Assembly: GCF_963921235.1 (NCBI RefSeq)
Contig: NC_086106.1
Location: 23,312,001-23,376,000 of the forward strand
DNA length: 64,000 bases
Direction: 5' to 3'
Source of the DNA: Mobula hypostoma
Lineage: Eukaryota
Under the pieces are notes generated by a model, which was given only the letters and a program-made list of their open reading frames with translations, was not told the origin of the DNA and did not search any database. The position numbers and the translations under genes were made by a program. Of this stretch, positions 53,511 through 64,000 are shown piece after piece; position 1 is the first letter of the stretch; each line of letters begins with the position of its first letter.

Positions 53511-54609
53511 CACTTAACTTAGCCCTCCCGAGATCTGCCTCTGCACAATCTGTCACTAAATTATTTGGTGGTGCCCTCTACTGTTTTGTACAAAGAACTG
53601 GTGCCTGTACACTGTCTGGTTGAACGGCTTCTCGGTAACTAGTTTACACCCGCGCACATAACTTTGTTACAAACAACTGACATTTTATTTCATATAACAT
53701 CAACATAATTTTCAGGTTGTGCCAATTGAAATTAGGAATCTATGCTAATATAATTTAGAAACATTTTGGATTGATTGTGTAATGAATAAAAAACATAAAT
53801 ACTGGAAATAATTAAACTTTCAGACATTTTATAGATATAGCATTTTTAAATTATCAGTGTTTCAAGTTAAAAACACTGTTGCAAATTGTAAGAACACTCA
53901 CGGAGTGGAAATGGACAGCTGATTGATAATAAATCGCCAGCCCGCTGAACACACTTGCTGTCGCTTGCTGACAAGTTAAATATATTCGTTTTGTCATTGT
54001 GCCTAACAGTGTTTGATATCATTTATTTGTGTTATGATATGTTGTCTATGTTTGTTCGATATGAAAAGTATCCATATTCTGACTGTCCTGGATATTTCTA
54101 TTGTTAAAAAAAAATCAAATTTGGACAGAGAACTTTAACATTGGACTTTAAAATTCTCCTGGAAATGAACAGAACAATGAATCACTGTTTTTGCGATCTT
54201 TGAAGCAATCCGCACTTGACAGCATGACAATAGTTGATGCAGGAAACAATAAATCACAACAAATAACTTGATATTTAAAAAAAAATGATTATATTTACGT
54301 AAGATAGAGCAAATGTAATGCTTGGACTGAAAAATTGATGGAGTTGCAGACCTTTGCCAAGAAATAAAGCATCTGTCTGCTCAATATTAGGTCGTCCGCA
54401 GATAAGGCAATGCATAGAAAAAACAAACAAACAAACAACACCATCTATGCAGTACATCGGAATATTGCAAAGAAAATTACATGCAATGTTCAGTTGGTAG
54501 TCGGTAAAAGATATAAAGCTAGAATACTTAACTCATGCAACATTATATAATGTGATCTTACTTCCAACACGTAGTTGAACCAGTGACTAAAAAATGCAGG
54601 TTAAGCAAT

Positions 54610-55472
54610 TATGACGAGAATACACATAAAATTAAGATGTTTGCTGCCCTGGGTTAGCATCAGTGACATCAGCAAGTGGTCTGCCACCTGCCCTCAGGGG
54701 AAGGAGAGATAAGGAACAATGGAGCAGCGTCTGGAGATGTGTAATGAAGGGACGTGGGAGAGAGAGAGCTGTCTGGAGCGGCTCCCCGTTTGAACCCTGA
54801 ACTGTTTGAAGTGATGGACAGGCGATACCCCAGCAGGGGGATAAAAAGAGACAGGTTCGCTAAGACAGGACACACACGCCACCCGAGGTAACGAGACCTT
54901 GGAAGCGGTGCCCCTCTCACGAGTGGGTGAGAAGTATCAGACAACGGCCAGGGTGGAAAGGTACGATCAGTGGGAACCCGATGTGTGTCCGCCCTTGCCT
55001 GGGTGCCGGGTTCACTGCAGAGGATCGACCGCATCTGGAGGAGGGGTCACAGTCGGTGACTTCAGGTGACATCACCAAGGACCCGCCCAAAATGTTGCTT
55101 GTGAGCCATCTCGCCGGTCTGTGAGTGAAGCCGTTCTGAATGGTCAGTTGTTCCTGTTCTATCTCTCTCTTCCCCCACGTTGCCATCGCCATGGCAACGA
55201 TGACTGCGAACTGAACTACTAACTGGACTGAACTTTGAGTCACTTTGAAATTTGGTCATTTACCCCTAGAAAAGCGATAGAGCTTGATTGATGCTGTTAT
55301 CTTAATTCTGTGCACATGTGTGTTTATCATCGCTGAACTGTTGCATTTATTATCCTTTCGATTACTGTGTTGCTTGTTTCTTTAATAAAACTTTCTTAGT
55401 TCCAGTACTCCAGACTCCAACTGAGTGATCCATTTCTGCTGGTTTGGCAACCCAGTTACGGGGTACGTAGCA
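54610..55472 (+). mobile_element. Solo LTR (863 bp) with 4-bp TSD CAAT
   Basis: The insertion is absent from the other units at AACAAT|GTAACGATAC. CAAT flanks it at 54606-54609 and 55473-55476. The ends TATGACG...CGTAGCA are degenerate TG..CA. It has a TATA-like GATAAAAAG at ~54840 and AATAAA at ~55384. There is no internal coding region. Confidence 0.82.
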
Positions 55473-58400
55473 CAATGTAACGATACATTCACAAGGTATT
55501 CTCTGACGGCTCTGACGATGCACAATATCGAGTTGCTTCAACTCACCTTAACGATATTTACGAAACTAGGTTTTCAGGTTAAGAATGCACACGGATATTC
55601 TGGAAACGAGAAGCTGAATTCTTGCCAATGAGTTACATAGTACACAACCATAAGGATCATAAATTGTAGATCTAGTTAGTTCAGAATGTAAGCTTGTGTT
55701 GCAGGCTAATTTTTCGCAGACTGAGCGGTGGGGTGATTCCAATCAAACGGATCTCTCAGCAGTTGGGTACACAAACTTCCGTCTCGTGAAGATTTTTCTC
55801 CATTTCCATTCCTCTGTATTATTGTCAGCTACTCATCTGCAACAAACGTCTTCTTGAGGTATTTTATAGTACTTCACACACAATAAGTGAAGCAGGGCCC
55901 CGTCATAGTCTTCCGAATAGCCTCAGTACATCTCTTTGTATCTAAGCGATATTAGGAATTTTTTTTTCGTGTGATCTGCTATATCTCTACGTGTCATTTT
56001 ATGTACCACATCGACTTCCCTTCTTCTTCACCGCCGCTCATTGGAGAACAAACCTAGGGTCACCGGACTCTCGCATAACGAAGCTCCTTCATCCCATGCA
56101 AAGAAGTTGCATCTACTTCGTCCCTCCATATCGCTATGTAAAATCACTGGACGCAGACCTCAGAGGATGTCATATATATTTTATAAAATTCGATTATTAT
56201 TTCGAATTCGATTTCCTTTCTTTTTTTTTTGCTTTAATGATTACAAGGGTTGAACTATGTTATTCGAAAAAAAATTGTTTTTGATCATGGAATTCAACCT
56301 CACATATTTCGCTCCACAATGTGAAGATTCACTCCGTAAACGAGCAATATAATTACCTTAGGCTGTTTGATTTAAACACCAATTGTAGTATTTTCTGTTG
56401 TTCGAAGGTCAATGAGTTAGGAAGATCATTATCTTCGAGGTAGTGTGCATTTGAGAATGCAGATCCGATGCTCAACTTCAAATTATCAACATGGAATTAA
56501 CTTTTTATAAAGTTAAGAACTTTTTCTCGATGTTCGTCAACGTCTTTCGTCAAAGAAATTGAAAAATATTTTTTCTCCGCACTTTATATTGGTATTACAC
56601 TTCCACCAGCTTTTAAAGTTTGCATAGATGCCAGTCTTTATTATTTGCTTCGAAGTTCAGCTAAGAAAGTGGGATTTTATTTTCAGTAGCATACATAATG
56701 GAGACTTCAGGATATTTAACAGGACGTTTTATGTCATCCATATGTATCAATATATGCGACCGCAGCGCGCGCTGCCACTTCGATGGTGATGTATGTTATC
56801 TGTCAAGTAGGGGATCATCCACAATTCTGATTTGATGGAGACGGACGTGAGAGTACGGAGGAACATCTGAAATACTTCTGAAATGTCTGCTTCTCTGCTG
56901 CTGCTGCTGTGTGGTAACCGGCATCTTCGGAACAGAAGGCGCCGAGATCCTCGGCTTTGCTTGTATTAGCGGCCGGGGCGAGGTCGAACGCGTTTGGCAG
57001 AGGATGGCGCTTGGGACGCTGTATCGGAGAGGATGGTCGGATGCTCGAATTTTTCGGACGGATAGACTCAGTGCCGGCTGTGTTCGGCTGCCTCCAAGGC
57101 ATCAGCAAGTTGACGGTGCCTGGAGTTTTATGACAAGGAGTTTCTCCCTTTGGCCGCCTGCTATCGGGGACTCGGGAGTCGATCGACTCGGGGACTTCTG
57201 AGACTTTATTTACCGTGCCCATGTTTGTTCTTCATCAAATCATGGTATTGCTTTGCAATGCTGTAACTTATGTTATACTTGCGTGGTTCTGTCACTGTTA
57301 TTCTTTGGTTTGTCCTGATTTCTGTAATATCACTCCGGGAAAACATTGTACAATTTCTTAATGTATGTATGCATTTCAAAATGACAGTAAACGAAGACTG
57401 AGTGTTCTCATAATCTCAGATACCTGCCAGTCATGCCGAGCCACGAGTATATGCTAATATTTCATCGGGTTCCAAGTTCCAGTTCCTTTTTTTTTCAGCA
57501 AAAGTGAAATGTCGTCCTGACTTCTAACGGACGCACAAAGACATCCTTTTGGACACCAGAGAGCTTCAGTTTGGGGAATTTCTTAATAGTCTGCAGCCAC
57601 TTCTCGACAAAGTCCTTTAAAATACGATTCTTCCGTTATTTGCTTCAATAATGGTTGATGAATTTTATGTCTGTCGACTGGACTTCTTTTAGGGCTTTTC
57701 GAATAAAACTGGTTGCCATTGGAAATCTGCTTAAGAAATAAAGATTCAAACCGACGCCTGGAGTTTCCATGCTCACTGAAGTAGCTAAATCAGATGCAAG
57801 GCCTGGTGTCACATCAGCTGCATCTGTCCAAACGGTACGCAGTTGTTGCTTCCAGTCAAATTCCATTTTGGCTAAACACGTTCATAAAACGTCGACTTGT
57901 TTTGGCCTTTTCTGGAATGGATGCAGAAAATAGGAATTGATCTCGAGCAGCATCATCCTGCGTACAGAGATTAAAACAGAAAACTGAAAGGGGTCAACGG
58001 TTCCTTAGCTCTCCACAGGTCTACCACCAACTCTTTAGTCCTTTTTTCACATTAAACTGCAGACAATTCTGCTCTCACCATGTTTCAACGTTTCCTACCA
58101 TAGCCCTATACTCGGCCTCATTACCATCTCTGCGGAAGGTACACATCGACAGAATATAGCTGGATTTCACAATACTACATGTGTGTTTCTCTTCAACGAT
58201 ACTGCGTTTTCACGGAAGCTATGTGGACATGTTTGTCCTGTAGAGCATTCTGTACTGCATTTCGTTATAAATTTATGAGAATCGGTAAAATCTGTGTCAA
58301 GGAAAACAGAGTCCACTCTAAGACGATAACCCGGACGCATTTGTAACAGATGCCACTTAAGCTGAATATATCTTCCGTGAAATTGCTTCTCTTATTACAG

Positions 58401-58660
58401 ACAGAAATGACGTGGAATGTGAAGAAAATAGGAAAGAAATATAAAACAATGCTGATTTTGATTGGTCAATTACCGCTCAACGTGCAGCCAAAATAACCAA
58501 TCACTTCGTTTCTCTCTCTGTCTGTCTCTCTCTCTTTCTCTAAGAGCCAATCAAGAGTATCTGATGGAAGGTATACTTCGATCGCATTACAGTTAACCAG
58601 TCAGAACAGCAACTTCAACACATTCCACCGTTGCTTGTCGTAATCGACACAGCAGACAAC

Positions 58661-59100
58661 ATGTGGACAATCCGATTTTGGGCACTAATACTTATGCCAG
58701 CACTACCCGGTATGTTCAGTTTATAATATTCGTGCGTTTCCTCTGGGATGTCTTTACATTGGACAATGCTCATAAGTTTCTTATTTTCTTCAGGCGCGAG
58801 TGGTGAAAATTTGGTAATCCAGGATGCGGCAGTAATTGCGGTTCAGGAAGGTGAAAACGTGCTGCTGAACTGCAGCTACCCTGCAAAAGCTACCAACACG
58901 CTGTTCTGGTACATGCAATATTCTGGACAATCTCTAAGATATTTGTTGAAGAGATACGCAACAGGGAATGGCGGAGAGCGATCGCCTGATTGCCCAGACA
59001 GGTTTTCAGCTGCAGTAGACAAAGGAAGAGCGACGGTTCCTTTCAGAATATCTGCTGCTCGTATCTCTGACTCCGCCGTATTTTTCTGTGCCATGATGCC
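58661..59100 (+). CDS. V6: TCR alpha/delta-type V segment, open frame (leader 58661-58709, 84-nt intron, V exon 58794-59100)
   Basis: Leader MWTIRFWALILMPALPG and an open V exon with canonical Cys/Trp/Cys. The intron is 1 nt shorter than in the other copies. Confidence 0.9.
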
Positions 59101-59139
59101 CACATTACTGCCGAGCTATAGAACGCCACTACAAAATCC
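59101..59139 (+). other. 23-RSS of V6 with variant nonamer
   Basis: CACATTA-23-ACAAAATCC. Confidence 0.88.
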
Positions 59140-62100
59140 GTTCGTAAAATTTACAATTTGCAGACTTCAGGGGGCAGCATACAGATAATGTTGGCTCCGC
59201 GGCACATTTTGCAGGATGATACAGACTGAAACAATCACCTCAGTGGAAATGCATCGTGTGTTTACGTTAAGACATTGCAGCATCTCGAGCTGCTTATCTG
59301 ATTGTGTAGAAGTCCTGGAGTAGAGTATTTTAATTGATTAAGCTTCGTTTGACTTGAGTGATGAATTTATCGCGATACCAGACATTACAGTGGGTGCTTA
59401 CATTTTGTCGTCTAATTTTTACGCACATGCTACATTCACAATTCAAATAACAGGCTAACAGAATTGTCACGATATGTGGACATAGCTCGCAGTTCCTCTG
59501 AGCGGCGAAGTTTCCATAGTCTTGGGAGCTCATTTCGGAAATATCGACATTTTTCTCAGTCACTGTTGTATCTCTTGTCTGATGCATTCGTTTGTCTCCA
59601 TCCTTTTTTTTTCGCTCTCATTTACGGTTCAGATAAAGCAGATTCCCGACATTGTAAGACAGCACTAATGGACCCACGGCACCGTTTAGTTCTGCTGTTT
59701 TAAGTTATTGTGTGCACCGATATATCCTCGCTTATGAAGTCTGACGAAGAACACTGTTGTTTACTATAGTAGGATGAAACTATTTACTCCTCCATTCAAG
59801 GAAGGGAGCTCAGAAATAATACTTAAAGACAAACGAATATGTCAGTGAGTGCCAGCAGCGAATTCCGCTGATGCATGTTTTCCTTTTCTGAACATTCCAT
59901 ACCGATCTGGAGGAAATTTGGCCCATTAGATTTCACATTATTTTTGTTAACCTATGCATTTTCAGCAAAATTGGATTTGTTTCGCTTGAAGAGGAGAACG
60001 TGCAGACGGAATTGAGAAACTTGCACAATCTGTTTGAGGCTGACGAAACTTGTATCATTTTAATATAATATTAGTTACGCTTAACCATCCCAACCAGACT
60101 AGGGAAATATTTGAGCGGGTGGAACAGCTTATTTCGTAAATTCTTTCGTTCAGAGCATAAATATTCTGTTTCTGCAGGAGCTCTGTTTGTTGCAAAATAA
60201 ATCCCTTCCCTTCAAATACAGAGAAATGGCTAAACACATATCTTCTCTTATTCCGTATTATTTTGGTATAACCAAATTTCGGTACCAGTGATGCCCAAAA
60301 TAAATGAATATGCTGGACATTGCAATGATAAAATTAAAGACTGCCCGTGTTTCCACTTCTTCGGAATCTCTGTCATTTCCACGAAGTTCCTCAGGATCAG
60401 ATTCGCTACGACAATGGATCTTTGTTGGCTAAAAGCAGCAACTTTAGATAACACAAAACCGCGAAGATTAGTTACAGTTCAATCCAAAGACAGTACGGCA
60501 TGCAGACGATAGGTCAGATCTTCGTGATTTAACCGCTACAAACACACTGAATGCGACACATCTAATGAAAATAACACATGCTTACTGTTACTCCTCATAC
60601 AATGATCATTGAATCGCAGCGGGTCCATCGAACGGAGGGTTCAGTGTGTACTGTTTCCACAATGCAGTGTCTCATGATTATTGCGTATAATTCATGGAAC
60701 AGCCTACAATAGTACAGCAATATTTTCAAATATCTTAAATTGACGATGTTTCCTCATAAACAACGGTTTAGAAATATGCACGCTAAGGAAACTGAGAGGA
60801 ACAGTGGTTTCCCAAAATCAAACCAAGGACGTGCCTGTAATATTCTGTAATAGGTTGATAAGCGGAGGTGGTACTCGCAAGACCCTCCATCTTTTGCACA
60901 GATTTTATTCTATTTGCATCTGTGTGCACTAATAACAAGATTGACTTTACTGTAAAAAGCTGTTGAACAAGTATCTTATTTTGTAAAAAATTCAGGTAAT
61001 CGAGATTTTATGAAACTTTATAACATCAGAGATCCGGTTCATTCGGCCACTTTCGCAGCCTGCCCAGTTTCGCTCGGTAATACTGATCTGGCAATGATAT
61101 AACTGAGAAGTCCAGTGGTTCAGGCAGCATCTATGAAAATGAATAAAGTTTCGATGCTTCGGTCTGAGAATCTATATCAGCGCTAGGAAGGAAGCGGAAG
61201 GAAACCCAAAATGACATGGTGGGGGACTGGGAGAATTACAATGTGGAAGGTAAAAGGAGAAGCCAGGTGACGGGCTAAGTTGCCTGATAGCGAACGGAAC
61301 GTGAACTGATAATATGGGAAAGGATAGATGGAACATATATATGGCTGCAGAAGAAGAAATCTGATCACTGAGAAGAGAGCATCATTGGAAAATGGGAAGG
61401 AGGTGTATGAGACGGATGTGGTAGGCAGAAGACGTAAGAAGGGAGACAGAATTCGAACTGTAAAACGAGAGAATGAGTGGTAAACAAATATTGGACGTTG
61501 CAGAAAATAATATCTATGGCTTCCCGTTTGAAGTTACACGAACGGAATAGAAGGAATTGGACACATCTCGGTGAATAAAATAAGGGAATAGTCCTCCCAA
61601 CATCGGCCAAAGTAGCAGAGGAGACTTGTTAGCTTTTAGTTCCCTCTGGTATAATGTATCAACGAGGTAACTTCAAATTTGTACACGAATAACTCTAACT
61701 GTTTTGAACAGTAAATATCCTTCCGAAGCATGGACAAAACAAACGATTTACTTTCCGATATATTAAGAATCTTGAAGCATTATGTCAAAGTGTGTGTGTG
61801 CTCTTTTTTTCGCATTCTATTTCACTAAACATACCATTAAACATACCTCTCCATTTATTCTGATGAAAGGCGATTAGCGACTTCAAAATCTCTTCTTTAG
61901 CATTCAACTCGTCCCTTTTTTCCAATGTTATCGTCCAGGGGTGGCAGTTCATGCGCTCTAGTTTAGGCGTTTTGAGGTTCATCGTGATATCAATCATAGA
62001 AAAAAAACACGTCGACCAGAAGCTAGAACACTTGTGGATCTGTGCCTGCCTCGCTGATGTGAGAAGTTACCCATTGTTTAAGTTTTTATCGATATCCTGA

Positions 62101-64000
62101 ATGTCGAATATAAAGTTACTATCCTCCAATGAAGTATACTCTGTACATCGCCTCTCACTTAACCTCGCCCTCCCGAGATCTGCCTCTGCACAATCTGTCC
62201 CTAAATTATTCGCTGATGCCCTGTACTGTTTGCGTCAAGCACTGGTCCCTGTACATTGTGTGGTTGTGCGGCTTCTCAGTAACGACTTTACACCCGCACA
62301 CATCACTTTGTTGCCAAAGAACTGACATTTTATTTCATATAACATCAACATAATTTTCAAGTTGTGCCAATTGAAATTAGAAATCTATGCTAAGGTAATT
62401 TAGAAACATAACGGATTGATTGTGTAGTGAATATAAAGCATAACTTCTGGAAATAATTAAATTTTCAGATATTTTATAGATTCAGTATATTTAAATTGTC
62501 AATGTTTCAAGTTAAAACACTGTTGCAAATTTTAAGAACAATCAAAGAGTGGAAATGGATAGCTGATTGATAATAAATCACCAGCCCGCTGAACACACAT
62601 GCTGTCTAGTTAACTAAATTCGTTTTGTCATTGTGCCGGTCAGTGTTTGATCTCATTTACTTGTGTTATGATAAGTTGATTGTGTTTGTTCGATATGAAG
62701 AATAGCCATATTCTGTCTGTTTTTGGGTATTTCTATTTTTAAAAAAATGAAATTACAATTGTATTTTTTCTTTAAAAAAACTTTCATCTCGTGATTATAT
62801 TATTTTTCTCTTCTCAAATGATAACGTGTGAATTTTTTTTTCGTATTCAGGATGTCCATATAAAAAGAATGTCCAAATTAAACTTCAAATGAGTGAAAAG
62901 CAAGAGAAAAGCTCGTTGCCTGAATAAAGTATTTGTCTCTGAAAATGTAAAATTGGAAAACAATTGCAATACTTTCACTATTTAAGTTATTCCTTCTGTG
63001 CATGCTGTATAACGAAAGTGGCTAAATGTGTAATTATACCACAGAGTTGGTGTGGTGAGAACTGTGATTTGGAATTTTCTGAGTACATCAGCACTGAGCT
63101 TCAGACACAAAAAGAAAAATGAAGAAGTTAGTGCAATCTACTTTCCATGCACAAATTGTAAATGACGTAAAAACAAATTTGTACGGAGAATATATACATT
63201 GGACTTTAAAATTTGACTGGAAATGAACAGAACAATGAATCACTGTTTGTGAGATCTTTGAAGCAATCCGCACTTGACATCATGAGAATAGTTAAAGCAG
63301 GAAAAAAAAAATAAATGCCAACAATTAACTTGATATTTTAGAAAGAAGTATTATATTTACGTAAGATAGAGCAAATGTAATGCTTGGACTGAAATTAAAA
63401 AAAAAATGATGGTGCTGCAGTCCTTTGCCAAGAAATAAAGCATCTGTCTGCTCAATATTAGGTTCTCCACAGATAAGGCAGTGCAGGGAGAAAAAAACAA
63501 CAACAACAACAACAACATCTATACAGTATATCGGAACATTGCAAAGAAAAGTACATGCAATGTTCAGTTCGTAGTCCGTAAAAGATAGAAAAGCTAGAAT
63601 ACTTAACTCATGCAACATTATGTAATGTGATCTTAGTTCGAATACGAAACAAAGTAATATGGCTGTCAGGACATTTTCTGGTTACTGCATTAATAAGGAA
63701 TTACGAAGTTCAAGGAGTGTTACAAAGCGCAGGTTAAACAATGTAACGATACATTTACCAGGTATTCTCTGAAGGCTCTGACCGATGCCCAATATCGAGT
63801 TCCTTCAAATCACCTTCACGATTTTTTACGAAACGAGGTTTTCAGTTTAAGATTGCACACGGATATTCTGGAAACGACAGGCTGAATTCTTGCCAATAAC
63901 GTTACATAGTACACAACGAGAAGGGTCATAAATTATAGATCCATTTAGTACAGAATGTAAGCTTGTGTTGCAGGCTAATTTTTCGCAGACTGAGCGGTGA

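Larger units (their letters stand above)
1..64000 (+). repeat. Tandem array of ~7-8 kb V-gene cassettes (segmental duplications), truncated at both window edges
   Basis: The marker GGCCAAAG(T/C)AGCAGAGGAG recurs at ~1 (diverged), 17739, 21291, 28552, 35402, 42755 and 61605. A unit also resumes at 53511 after a Penelope insertion. Long blocks recur in the same order and orientation. Marker spacings are 7261, 6850 and 7353 bp for three consecutive units. Confidence 0.97.

Noticed and set aside
14782-59139. Interpretation as NAR-TCR cassettes or Ig clusters
   Set aside because: Each V has its own leader and no Cys in CDR1, and no D/J segments, C exons or IgNAR-like V occur between copies.
1-64000. 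CRISPR array, tRNA/rRNA genes or prokaryotic systems
   Set aside because: No short repeat-spacer arrays or structural RNA genes were recognised. Spliceosomal introns, RSS and vertebrate LINEs show eukaryotic DNA.

Overview
Vertebrate genomic DNA, most likely a cartilaginous fish (shark or ray). This is judged from the CR1, Rex1/Babar and Penelope repeat families and is not certain. The window lies inside a tandem array of ~7-8 kb cassettes that runs off both ends. Six cassettes carry a T-cell-receptor alpha/delta-type V segment on the + strand, each with a 49-nt leader exon, a ~85-nt intron, a 307-nt V exon and a 23-bp-spacer RSS. Five look intact; V5 is a pseudogene. No D, J or C segments are seen, which fits a translocon V region rather than an Ig cluster. 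All six V segments share an extra Cys near the end of CDR2/start of FR3, Phe in place of the tyrosine-corner Tyr, and a non-consensus heptamer CACATTA. The array shows a founder deletion, a V-less partial copy, microhomology deletions and chimeric units. Copy-specific insertions include CR1, Rex1/Babar, a solo LTR and Penelope-like elements carrying minimal hammerhead ribozymes. Most short ORFs in the supplied track are non-coding noise repeated by duplication.
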